Shown in pieces: positions 7,385 through 15,135 of a stretch of DNA of 32,000 nucleotides. Source of the stretch: Geobacter metallireducens GS-15 (GTDB taxonomy: Bacteria; Desulfobacterota; Desulfuromonadia; Geobacterales; Geobacteraceae); contig NC_007517.1 in NCBI RefSeq assembly GCF_000012925.1, forward strand, positions 2,760,001 through 2,792,000, given 5' to 3'. Made by a program: the position numbers and the translations under genes. Every line of letters starts with the position of its first letter. Positions within the stretch are counted from its first letter, which is position 1. The notes beneath the pieces are model-generated. The model saw only the letters and a list, made by a program, of their open reading frames with translations, was not told where the DNA came from and made no database searches.

Positions 7385-9372
7385 ACAATCCCCGTCACCA
7401 GGAGGAGTTTGTTCAGCAGGTAGCCGCTCCCGAAGGCCACCACCGAGATGAAGATCGCTAGGATGGTGGCAACCTTGGTGCCGCGCTCTTTCTTCATCAT
7501 CAGGAACTGGGCCACGCACGGGACGAAGAGGGTGAGGGTCACCGCAGCCACCACCAGTTGCCGGCCATCCATGAGCCCCTTGGTCTGGAGGTCATAGAGG
7601 CCGGCAGCGCCGTAGTCGCGCCGGAAAAAGCCGAAGATGAAAGCGACCGCCGCCTCTTTCGGAAGCCCGATGGTCGCCATGACCGGCTCCATCCATACCA
7701 CGAGCTTCTCGAAGAAATGGGTGATCTTGCCGAGCCACAGCATCACCGACGCGAAGATGAAGAGCGGGAGGATCTCCATGAAATACCACTGCATCCGGGT
7801 GTAGGTCTTGGTCATGACGTTGGAGAACTGGGGGAGCCGCATGGGGGGAAGCTCCATGTAGAACATGGGGGTCTCGCCCGGCATGACCCGGGCCGACAGG
7901 AGCCCGATCACCAGGAAGATGACCAGGAGGCAGACTCCCCAGACCGCCAGGGCCCCCGGCGTCTTGGAAAGGAGCGCCATGATGACCCCCAGCTGGGCCG
8001 AGCAGGGGATTGCCAGGGCCAGGAGCACCGTGGCGATGATCCGCTCCCGCACGGTTTCCAGGGTCCGGGTGACCATGGTGGCCATGGTGTCGCAGCCAAA
8101 GCCGAGGACCATGGGGATCACCGCCCGGCCGGTAAGGCCGATCTTCTTAAAGAGCCGGTCCACCAGCAGGGCGAGCCGCGGAAAGTAGCCGCTGTCCTCA
8201 AGGATGGAGAAAAAGAGGAAAAAGGTGGCGACGATAGGAAGGATGATCCCCACGGCATACCGCAGCCCCAGGGTGATGACGCCGTACTCTCCCACGAACA
8301 GCTCCTGGATGATTTCCCACGGCACGATCCCCTTGACGACCCCAGTTATCCACGGGTTGAAATATTTCTCGAAGAGGGTTCCTTCCAGAAAATCCACCAG
8401 GGTGCCAGCGCCGAAAACGCCGACGAACTGGTAGAGCCCGTAGTAGAGGGCCACAAACAGGAGCGGAACGCCGGTGATCGGGTGGACCGCCCAGGAGGAG
8501 AGCCGCTCTCCGAAGGTGATGCGCCGTTTGTCCGGAAATGCGGTGACCCCCGCCAGGAGCCCCTTCACGATACCCTTCCGTTCGAGGGAGAGGTCAAGGT
8601 GGAACGACTCCCGCCGCTCGAAGATCTTCTCCTTCACCTGCTCGGCGATGAGCGGCGCCTGCGCGCCTTCCTGTTCCGCCACGAGCCTGGCGATCTCCTC
8701 ATCCCGCTGGAGGAGCAGGAGCGCCAGGGACTTCTTCGACAGGGTGTAGTCACCGTGCAAAAGTTCGGCAATAGCGGCGATATCCCCCTCCATGCGGCGG
8801 CTGTACCCGAACGTCGCGTGGCGGCCGGCGTCGTAGGAGGCGATGGCCTCACGAATCTCGGGAAGCCCCCGTTTCTTGGCCGTGGCGGCACCGATGACCG
8901 GAATCCCCAGCTTCTCCTGCAGGAGCGGAATGTCGATGGAAAGCCCCATCCGCTCGGCTTCGTCCATGATGTTCACCACCAGAACCACCGGGAGCCCCGC
9001 CTCCACGAGCTGTATGGTCATGGCCAGCATCCGCTCCAGGTTCCGCGCATCGAGGACATGAAGCACCACGTCGGGCCGCTCACCCAGGAGGATCTCCCGC
9101 GCAACCCGCTCCTCTTCGGTTATGGGAAGGATGGAGTACATGCCGGGAGTATCGATGATCTCGTACTGCTCCCCCTCGATGGTGGTGGAGCCGCGGGATA
9201 CCTCCACCGACGTCCCGGGATAGTTGGAAACCGCCACGTAGGCGCCGGTAAGGGCATTGAAGAGAACACTCTTCCCCACGTTGGGGTTCCCCACCAGTGC
9301 CACTCTCTTCCCTCCCGCGGTCGATGCGTTAGCGCTGTCGTGGCAGGAAGGCTTGCGCTTGAATATTCCCAT
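7381..9372 (-). CDS. feoB: Ferrous iron transporter FeoB
   Basis: SD AAGGAG precedes the start. N-terminal G domain (GNPNVGKS, DTPG) is followed by a large polytopic permease domain. 663 aa. Confidence 0.95.
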   Translation of the reverse strand: MGIFKRKPSCHDSANASTAGGKRVALVGNPNVGKSVLFNALTGAYVAVSNYPGTSVEVSRGSTTIEGEQYEIIDTPGMYSILPITEEERVAREILLGERPDVVLHVLDARNLERMLAMTIQLVEAGLPVVLVVNIMDEAERMGLSIDIPLLQEKLGIPVIGAATAKKRGLPEIREAIASYDAGRHATFGYSRRMEGDIAAIAELLHGDYTLSKKSLALLLLQRDEEIARLVAEQEGAQAPLIAEQVKEKIFERRESFHLDLSLERKGIVKGLLAGVTAFPDKRRITFGERLSSWAVHPITGVPLLFVALYYGLYQFVGVFGAGTLVDFLEGTLFEKYFNPWITGVVKGIVPWEIIQELFVGEYGVITLGLRYAVGIILPIVATFFLFFSILEDSGYFPRLALLVDRLFKKIGLTGRAVIPMVLGFGCDTMATMVTRTLETVRERIIATVLLALAIPCSAQLGVIMALLSKTPGALAVWGVCLLVIFLVIGLLSARVMPGETPMFYMELPPMRLPQFSNVMTKTYTRMQWYFMEILPLFIFASVMLWLGKITHFFEKLVVWMEPVMATIGLPKEAAVAFIFGFFRRDYGAAGLYDLQTKGLMDGRQLVVAAVTLTLFVPCVAQFLMMKKERGTKVATILAIFISVVAFGSGYLLNKLLLVTGIV

Positions 9373-9400
9373 CTATGGTCACTCCTTCATGAAATTATGC

Positions 9401-9418
9401 TATTGATATTCACTTTCA
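9401..9418 (-). promoter_or_regulatory. Fur-box-like operator upstream of feoB
   Basis: The minus strand reads TGAAAGTGAATATCAATA, 28 nt upstream of the feoB ATG, and overlaps a TTGAAA -35-like hexamer. It is 16/18 identical to the site at 9917-9934. Confidence 0.5.
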
Positions 9419-9429
9419 ATCACACAAGC

Positions 9430-9459
9430 AAAAAAAGACACGACAGAAATTTTCCGTCG
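9430..9459 (-). terminator. Intrinsic terminator after fur
   Basis: The minus-strand RNA reads CGACGG-AAAAUUU-CUGUCG (with a G.U pair on this strand), followed by GUGUCUUUUUUUGCUU. It starts 13 nt after the fur stop. Confidence 0.7.
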
Positions 9460-9471
9460 CGTACGAACGGA

Positions 9472-9903
9472 CTACGAACGGCATTTCGCGCAGAGGCCGT
9501 AGAGTTCCAGCTTGTGGTGCTTGATGAGAAAGTTGTGGGCCGCCGCCACCTCATCCTGGAGCTTTTCGATGCTCTCGTTCTCAAACTCGATGATGGTGCC
9601 GCATCCCGTGCATACCAGGTGGTCGTGGTGCTCCCCCTCCGAGACGTGCTCGTAGCGGGTCTGGCCGTCGCCGAAGTGGATCTCCCGGGCGATTCCCGAC
9701 TCGGCGAAGAGCTTCAGGGTGCGATAGACCGTGGCGTAGCCGATGTTGGGATGCTTGGCCCTGAGCTTAAGGTACAGTTCCTCGATGCTCAGGTGCCGGT
9801 CGGAGGAAAGAAAGGCGTCGAGGATGATGTCGCGCTGGCGGGTCGACTTGAGACCCTGCCTGGCAATATAGTCCTGGAATATTTTCTGTTTCACCCGTTT
9901 CAT
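9472..9903 (-). CDS. fur: Ferric uptake regulator Fur
   Basis: Internal ATG at 9903 (aa 76 of ORF 9472..10128) has SD GGAG. Contains STRQRDIILDAF, ATVYRTLKLF, HHDHLVCTGCG and a C-terminal CAKC. Confidence 0.9.
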   Translation of the reverse strand: MKRVKQKIFQDYIARQGLKSTRQRDIILDAFLSSDRHLSIEELYLKLRAKHPNIGYATVYRTLKLFAESGIAREIHFGDGQTRYEHVSEGEHHDHLVCTGCGTIIEFENESIEKLQDEVAAAHNFLIKHHKLELYGLCAKCRS

Positions 9904-9916
9904 TTCCGCTCCGAGC

Positions 9917-9934
9917 TGAAAGTGATTTTCAATA
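9917..9934. promoter_or_regulatory. Fur-box-like operator upstream of fur (autoregulation candidate)
   Basis: TGAAAGT-G-ATTTTCA-ATA is a 7-1-7 inverted repeat with 6/7 arm complementarity, 13 nt upstream of the fur ATG. Confidence 0.5.
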
Positions 9935-10018
9935 TAGGACACGGACACGCATTCTGTCAATCTCTTTCTGCATGTAAATTCCGGAACCGTCGCGAACTCC
10001 TTTAATATCCCCTGATGA

Positions 10019-11572
10019 TTAAACGGGTGAAGGATGCCACCAACCATGGTAGCTGAAAGGAACGTGATGGGTAAGATGGGCAATGGCAAGGGGGCCGTCG
10101 GCAACCCTTCCCGCGTCCAAGATGGCAAGAAAGCTTTTTCGGGTATGGCTGTCGTAGACCTCCGTCAGGAGCCACCCCTCTCCGGCCGATTGGCTTGCGT
10201 CCGCAGATGTTCCCGGTTTGGGCACGAAGACCGCTTCGGTGCAGTATTTCCCCCGTCCGAAAGAATATTCGGCGGTGGTTCCGCTCAGGAAATCGACGCG
10301 CATGACAATGGACCAGAAGAACTCGCCGGGAAGGCACTTCACCGCGTAGCCGATGCGATGGCGACGGCAGCGGAGGCGTTCGTCGATGCGTGGCCACTCG
10401 CAGCTCCCCGGGTTCAGGGTCTCCCGACGAACCGTGCAACGGACGGGGTCGATCCGGTACCGCATGATCTCTCCGGGAAAATCGTAGTGTCCCCTACGCC
10501 CTTCCATGACGGCGGAGATGACCGGATCATCTCCCACGAAGTGGTCCGGATTGCGGTAGCCGATGAAGTCGGCAACGGTTTCGCCTCCCTCCTCATAGGC
10601 GTTGAAGGAATGCCACATGTAACACGCCTCGGTCTCCACCAGGCGCGGCTTCCCCTCCCCTTCCCGTTCGACGATCATCAGCAGGTTCCCCCATTCCGGC
10701 CGCCAGCGAAGCGAGGCAAAAAGGCTTCGAAATCCCAGGAGAAATCCCCAGAATTCGATTTCGACAGGGTGAAGGGAGAGGATAAGGTACCGGCCGGAAA
10801 CGATCCAGTCATGCATGTACACATAGCGGGGGAGAGGAAACGTCCGGTGTCGCTTCAGACTTCCGTCGGCCGCGAAGGCAGAGAGATGGAGGAGCGGCCT
10901 CGGGCCGTACTTCACCCCGAAGTGGAGCCATTCCCCGGTGTGGGGATCAAGCTTGGGATGGGCCGAATAGAAGGCAGTGCCGGGGGTCAGCCCCAGATTC
11001 GAAGGACCGGCGGTGGCCAGGGACTCCGGGTCGAGCTCGTACGGAATGTTCCCCTCGTCGAAGGCGTAGAGTTTTCCGCGCCACCAGAAAACTGTTATGC
11101 CCGCCTGGTTCGGAACCGACCCCGCCTGCCAGAAATTGCCCCAGAAACCTCCCGGCTTCTGGGTGCTCCACGTGGGATACAGAAAACGGCCGGCGGCCTC
11201 TTCGGCCACGAATTTCTCCGTCCGGACGTAGCGGTTGCGGTAGCGGACCCCGCCGTCGCCGACTGTGAAGGACTGCACCATTCCATCCCCGTCCAGCAAA
11301 GTCCGCTTGCGCAGCCCGCCTCGGTCGAAAAGCGCCGGGCCGTTGCGGTAGAGAGTCCCCCTGAGGGCGGAGGGAATCGTCCCCTCGATGCGCGCCTCGT
11401 AGTCGTGCTCCTCGCGAAGCGACGTGGCAAGGCCGAGCCAGGGGCGCCCAGAGTCGCCAAAGTCGGGAAAGACCTCCTTTGGTAGAGGCAGATTCCCCGC
11501 GCAGCCGGGCAGGGCGAGGGCAAGCCCCCCTGCACCGGCTAGTTTCAGAAAATCACGACGGTTAATGTTCAT
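10019..11572 (-). CDS. Carotenoid oxygenase (CCO/RPE65) family protein; Tat signal plus lipobox
   Basis: N-terminus is MNINRRDFLKLAGAGGLALALPGC (twin-arginine motif followed by LPGC). All four characteristic His contexts are visible: AHPKLDP, YMHDW, MWHSFNAYEE, SYHGWW. Confidence 0.85.
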   Translation of the reverse strand: MNINRRDFLKLAGAGGLALALPGCAGNLPLPKEVFPDFGDSGRPWLGLATSLREEHDYEARIEGTIPSALRGTLYRNGPALFDRGGLRKRTLLDGDGMVQSFTVGDGGVRYRNRYVRTEKFVAEEAAGRFLYPTWSTQKPGGFWGNFWQAGSVPNQAGITVFWWRGKLYAFDEGNIPYELDPESLATAGPSNLGLTPGTAFYSAHPKLDPHTGEWLHFGVKYGPRPLLHLSAFAADGSLKRHRTFPLPRYVYMHDWIVSGRYLILSLHPVEIEFWGFLLGFRSLFASLRWRPEWGNLLMIVEREGEGKPRLVETEACYMWHSFNAYEEGGETVADFIGYRNPDHFVGDDPVISAVMEGRRGHYDFPGEIMRYRIDPVRCTVRRETLNPGSCEWPRIDERLRCRRHRIGYAVKCLPGEFFWSIVMRVDFLSGTTAEYSFGRGKYCTEAVFVPKPGTSADASQSAGEGWLLTEVYDSHTRKSFLAILDAGRVADGPLAIAHLTHHVPFSYHGWWHPSPV

Positions 11573-11623
11573 GGCAGAATCATGAAATAGACGAGATTTA
11601 TTCCCATCAGTATCAATGGAACG

Positions 11624-11833
11624 ATGGTTAGTTTATTGCTACTATCACCTCATATGGAACATCTTGCCCCATCTCGACTCTACCCCATATTTTTCTCCTG
11701 GCTTGAAGCGCGATCGAGGACGTTTCACCTGGCGTTCAGCACCATCATATTGGCCGGCCTTGGCTATCTCGACTATCTGACGGGCGATTTCAATTTCACC
11801 CTCTTCTATGTGATCCCCAAGATAGTGGACTGA
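11624..11833 (+). pseudogene. Possible remnant: N-terminal membrane module of a sensor/GGDEF-type protein, truncated after ~69 aa
   Basis: The segment ILAGLGYLDYLTGDFNFTLFYVIP resembles the first TM module of many signalling proteins, but the ORF stops immediately after it. The surroundings are AT-rich (21 G/C in the 60 nt 11581-11640). Confidence 0.3.
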
Positions 11834-11877
11834 ACTCAACTATGTAAATTGATTTGCCCCGTTAGATGACCGTCCTC

Positions 11878-12210
11878 TCAAATCAGTTCATACACGATGA
11901 AAACACAAATTATCCCCATCAAGGCAAGGGCAACGAAGAACACTTCTTCACTGGTCCTTTCAAGTGTATGCCGACGTCCCTTCTTCCGCACCCGCAATGC
12001 GGAGTAGGATAGAATGCACGAGGAAAGAAACAACAGAGCATCGAAGGCCAGCAGGTCCTCTCCGAGACTTTTCACATGGGAGAGCTTGCGGCTTATGATG
12101 AGCAGGCTGATGACCGTCAGGCACACCCCAACGAGTGTTGCCGAAACGGTGAAAATGTGAACGGTGATATCGATTTCGACGGCTTCCTTTGAGGGCTCTT
12201 GAAGGGACAT
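11878..12210 (-). CDS. Hypothetical 3-TM membrane protein (110 aa)
   Basis: ATG at 12210 (the track start at 12213 is TTG). It has three hydrophobic helices, visibly lower GC than its neighbours, and no recognisable family. Confidence 0.45.
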   Translation of the reverse strand: MSLQEPSKEAVEIDITVHIFTVSATLVGVCLTVISLLIISRKLSHVKSLGEDLLAFDALLFLSSCILSYSALRVRKKGRRHTLERTSEEVFFVALALMGIICVFIVYELI

Positions 12211-12277
12211 CAATCAACCCCATTCAGACATACCTGATGATTTTCCCCGGCACAAAGGTACTGCCACACCTCCCGTA

Positions 12278-13450
12278 TCACGGGGGAAGCAACCCATCAT
12301 GTGAAAACGGCATAAGCCACGTCTTAAAAAACTTGTAGGGGATGATCCGCAGATCCTTTCCGTGATTGAAGCGGGGCGCCAGGTTTATCTGTGAATCGGT
12401 AACGTAGAGGTAGTTATCGGGAGAGATGGCCAGGGAGTCCGGCCAGTGCAAGCCACCCTGGATAATGGTATTCAGGGTCGGTTCCGACGGCCGGTACCGC
12501 TTGACGGCGTTCTCTTCCAGGGCGGTCAGGTAGAGGTTGTCCTGGGCATCCATGAGCATCCCGTCCGCGGCTCCCGTTTCCGCTATCCGCTCCACGTGGT
12601 TCTCCAGATCCTTCTCAGGCAGCGACGGGTCTTTCAGGAAGGAAGTCCTGATGCGATAGAGGGTACGGCCAACCAGAGCGTGGTAGTAGAGGTACTCCCC
12701 CCGGCTGTCGAGGGCGATTCCGTCGGCGTGGATCTTGGGCACCGTGCCATCTTCGTTCCGCAACTCCTTCCCTTCGATCACGGGCACGTAACCTGGCTCC
12801 GCCTTGGTTGAAGGGTGACCGGAGAGGAGCCTTCGGGCCTTGCCGCTCTCCAGGTCGACCACGACGATGGCGCCTTTCCCCGAATCGGTGATAAAGGCGA
12901 AGTTGCCCTCAGGGTCGATCCGCACGTCGTTCAGGTAGCTTTCATGGGGTGCCGCCGAAGGGGCGAAGGGGATTACCCGCTCGACCTGGTCGGTCTTCAG
13001 GTTGACCTTCACAAGCTTCGCTCCGCCCGGTACCACCCCATTGAAGGCAGGGGATGCGGGGTCGAGAATCCAGAGAAAGTCGCTGTGATCAACAAAAACG
13101 CTCTGCACGCAGATGAAGTGCGCCTCCGGATGGGCCGTTTCATCGGCCCCCCACCGGTTCCAGCCATGATCGGGATAGGGGCGGAGCGACCCGTCGGGGA
13201 GCACCTCGGCCACGGAATAGAGAGGATCCTTGTCCCATCGGGGGAAATTCACAAAAATCCTCCCTTGGCCGGAAACCGCGATCCCCGTTACCTGATCGTG
13301 AAAATACGGGTACTCGAACAGCGCCCCTCGCGCCACCGGCACGGCCTTATCGTGACTGATGGGGTATGTCGCGCAGCCGCCGCTGCACACCAGGATGAAG
13401 AGCGCTAGAAGGACAAAGGGATTCCTTGCGTTTCCGGTCTGTTTTGGCAT
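12278..13450 (-). CDS. Major royal jelly/yellow-family (L-dopachrome tautomerase-related) beta-propeller lipoprotein
   Basis: ATG at 13450 (aa 15 of the ORF) has SD GGGAG. Lipobox is LVCSGGC. MRJP-like blocks are present: DFLWILDPASP, FAFITDSGKGAIVVVDLESGKARRL, ADGIALDS, LYYHAL..RTLYRI. Confidence 0.7.
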   Translation of the reverse strand: MPKQTGNARNPFVLLALFILVCSGGCATYPISHDKAVPVARGALFEYPYFHDQVTGIAVSGQGRIFVNFPRWDKDPLYSVAEVLPDGSLRPYPDHGWNRWGADETAHPEAHFICVQSVFVDHSDFLWILDPASPAFNGVVPGGAKLVKVNLKTDQVERVIPFAPSAAPHESYLNDVRIDPEGNFAFITDSGKGAIVVVDLESGKARRLLSGHPSTKAEPGYVPVIEGKELRNEDGTVPKIHADGIALDSRGEYLYYHALVGRTLYRIRTSFLKDPSLPEKDLENHVERIAETGAADGMLMDAQDNLYLTALEENAVKRYRPSEPTLNTIIQGGLHWPDSLAISPDNYLYVTDSQINLAPRFNHGKDLRIIPYKFFKTWLMPFSHDGLLPP

Positions 13451-13645
13451 GGTTTCTCCCTCTTTTACCATCCAGACTTGCTGGAGCAGCATGAACAGCG
13501 CAATTCAATGTATAGCCCTGATTTCAGGCAAGTCAAATGATCCCTCATCGACGGACGGTGTCCCGGGAATACAAAAAAATCCTCCACGAAAACATATATA
13601 TTTTCCCGAATATAATTGGTAGTATGCGTGCAGGAGGAAATAACA

Positions 13646-13735
13646 ATGGACGAGTTGTTGATAGCGGGAGGTTTTCTGGCTTTCTGGGTTGTCCTCAACA
13701 AGATTATCCTGCCAAGGCTAGGGGTTCCCACCTGA
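13646..13735 (+). CDS. Candidate 29-aa hydrophobic peptide (MDELLIAGGFLAFWVVLNKIILPRLGVPT)
   Basis: It is below the ORF-track size cutoff. AGGAGG (13632-13637) sits 8 nt before the ATG, and TATAAT at 13611-13616 lies upstream. A strong hairpin terminator follows 51 nt after the stop. One predicted TM helix. Confidence 0.35.
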   Translation: MDELLIAGGFLAFWVVLNKIILPRLGVPT

Positions 13736-13786
13736 ATGGCGGACACCTGTTCTTCCGGGAAGAAGAACGAGCAGAGGGATGACGGA

Positions 13787-13813
13787 AAAGGGGCGTGAGA
13801 TTCACGCCCCTTT
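13787..13813. terminator. Bidirectional intrinsic terminator (VOC gene on the minus strand, small ORF on the plus strand)
   Basis: AAAGGGGCGTGA-GAT-TCACGCCCCTTT is a perfect 12-bp stem. It is flanked by a T-rich tail on the plus strand (TCTTCATTT) and by A-derived U residues on the minus strand. Confidence 0.65.
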
Positions 13814-13837
13814 CTTCATTTGTATCGTGTTTCGGTG

Positions 13838-14248
13838 CTACTTCCCGCGGCGGGCCTCCTCCACAACCACCAGATATCCATCGGGGTCGAAGCACCAGAA
13901 CTCCTTGATGCCGTACGGCTTGGTCTCAAGCGGGTAGAAGATCTCCAGTTCCTCCTCCGCAACGGCCTCATAGGTCTCTACGATGTCATCCACCTTCACG
14001 TGGATGGTCAAGCCGACCCCCTTGGGAAACTCGTCGAAACGCTCCTCCAGGGCCGGATGCTCCCGCACCACCGCATCTTCCTGGACGAAGATGATCTCCA
14101 AACGGTCATGTTTCAGAATCAGGTGCTCGGGGGCGCCGCGGGCGGTCAGGGCCCTCATTACATCAAGCTCCAGGATACCCGCGTAGAACGCCTCGGTGGC
14201 GTCCAGATCCACGACGGTCAACTGGATTGAGGCGCCTGTCCCCGCCAT
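13838..14248 (-). CDS. VOC (glyoxalase/bleomycin-resistance/dioxygenase) family protein
   Basis: 136 aa with a typical VOC fold pattern (LTVVDLDATEAFY..LG, EFWCFDPDGYLVVV). The start is 4 nt after the ccdA stop. Confidence 0.8.
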   Translation of the reverse strand: MAGTGASIQLTVVDLDATEAFYAGILELDVMRALTARGAPEHLILKHDRLEIIFVQEDAVVREHPALEERFDEFPKGVGLTIHVKVDDIVETYEAVAEEELEIFYPLETKPYGIKEFWCFDPDGYLVVVEEARRGK

Positions 14249-14252
14249 GATG

Positions 14253-14981
14253 TCACTCCCCCCCGAGCCACTTCATGCTGAACCGCGACAGGATACTCAG
14301 GTAGTTGCTGAAAATCATGACCCCGACGATGATCAGGAAGACGCCGGTAATAATCTCGAAGATCCGGATATGCTTCTTGAAGCGGTTGAAAACGACGAGG
14401 AACTGGTGCATGGCCAGGGACGAGAGGAAAAAGGGAATGGCAAGCCCCATGGAATAGGTCAGGAGGAGAAGAACGCCGCGGGAAACCGTCTCCTCCGTGG
14501 TGGCCACCATGAGGATGGAGGCGAGGATGGGGCCGATACAGGGAGTCCACCCGGCGGCAAAGGCAAGCCCGACAACGAAGCTCCCCAGATAGCCGGCCGG
14601 TTTGCGGTGGACGGTGACCCGCTTCTCTCCCAGCAGCAGATGAATGGGGACCAGACCGGTGACATGGATGCCGAAGATGATGATCAGTATTCCTCCAACC
14701 TTCCGGATAATGTCCATGTGCTCGTGGAGAAACCCGCCGATAAAGGTTGCCGAGGCCCCCAGCAGGACGAAGACAGTGGTGAATCCGGCAATGAAGAGGA
14801 GGGTATGGACGATGGTCTGCTGCCGGACCTTGTGGCTCGGGTGCTCCGCCTGGAGATCGGAGAAGGAAAGCCCCGTGATGTAGGTGATAAAGGAGGGGAT
14901 GAGCGGCAGCACGCACGGAGAGAGGAACGAGAGGAACCCCGCAATGAACGCGCCTAAGAAAGTAACGTGGGATGAATCCAT
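14253..14981 (-). CDS. ccdA: Cytochrome c biogenesis thiol-disulfide transporter CcdA (DsbD-like membrane core)
   Basis: Six-TM protein with the two conserved Cys-Pro contexts (LSPCVLPLIP and GWTPCIGPIL). SD AGAGG precedes the start. Confidence 0.9.
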   Translation of the reverse strand: MDSSHVTFLGAFIAGFLSFLSPCVLPLIPSFITYITGLSFSDLQAEHPSHKVRQQTIVHTLLFIAGFTTVFVLLGASATFIGGFLHEHMDIIRKVGGILIIIFGIHVTGLVPIHLLLGEKRVTVHRKPAGYLGSFVVGLAFAAGWTPCIGPILASILMVATTEETVSRGVLLLLTYSMGLAIPFFLSSLAMHQFLVVFNRFKKHIRIFEIITGVFLIIVGVMIFSNYLSILSRFSMKWLGGE

Positions 14982-14991
14982 GAAGACCTCT

Positions 14992-15135
14992 GCGAGATAG
15001 CGAGATAGCGAGATAGCGAGATAGCGAGATAGCGAGATAGCGAGATAGCGAGGTAGTGAGGTAGTGAGGTAGCGAGGTAGTGAAGTAGTGAAGTAGCTAT
15101 TTTGACTACTTGCTACTTGCTACTTGCTATCTCGC
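14992..15135. repeat. Tandem octamer array (13 units) opposed by heptamer repeats, giving an asymmetric hairpin
   Basis: There are 7 perfect GCGAGATA units (14992-15047), then GCGAGGTA, GTGAGGTA x2, GCGAGGTA and GTGAAGTA x2 (to 15095). A spacer GCTATTTTGA follows, then CTACTTG x3 (15106-15126) and CTATCTCGC (15127-15135), which is the reverse complement of the octamer family. Confidence 0.95.

Noticed and set aside
7558-10005. 815-aa plus-strand ORF, together with similar long ORFs at 1667..3088, 4217..5995, 10034..11485, 15876..17126, 20111..21100, 21128..22240 and 28813..30258
   Set aside because: Each lies antisense to a gene with clear family motifs. They have Arg/Pro/Gly-rich low-complexity translations and no SD. 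These are the stop-poor shadow frames typical of high-GC DNA.
13646-13735. KdpF identity for the 29-aa peptide (same length as KdpF, and kdpDE is in the window)
   Set aside because: It lies 12 kb from kdpDE, is not next to kdpABC and shows no sequence resemblance to KdpF. It is kept only as an unassigned small ORF.
14992-15135. CRISPR array
   Set aside because: The units are 7-8 nt with no spacers between them. There are no cas genes and the repeats drift in sequence. It is a microsatellite-like array forming a hairpin, not a CRISPR.
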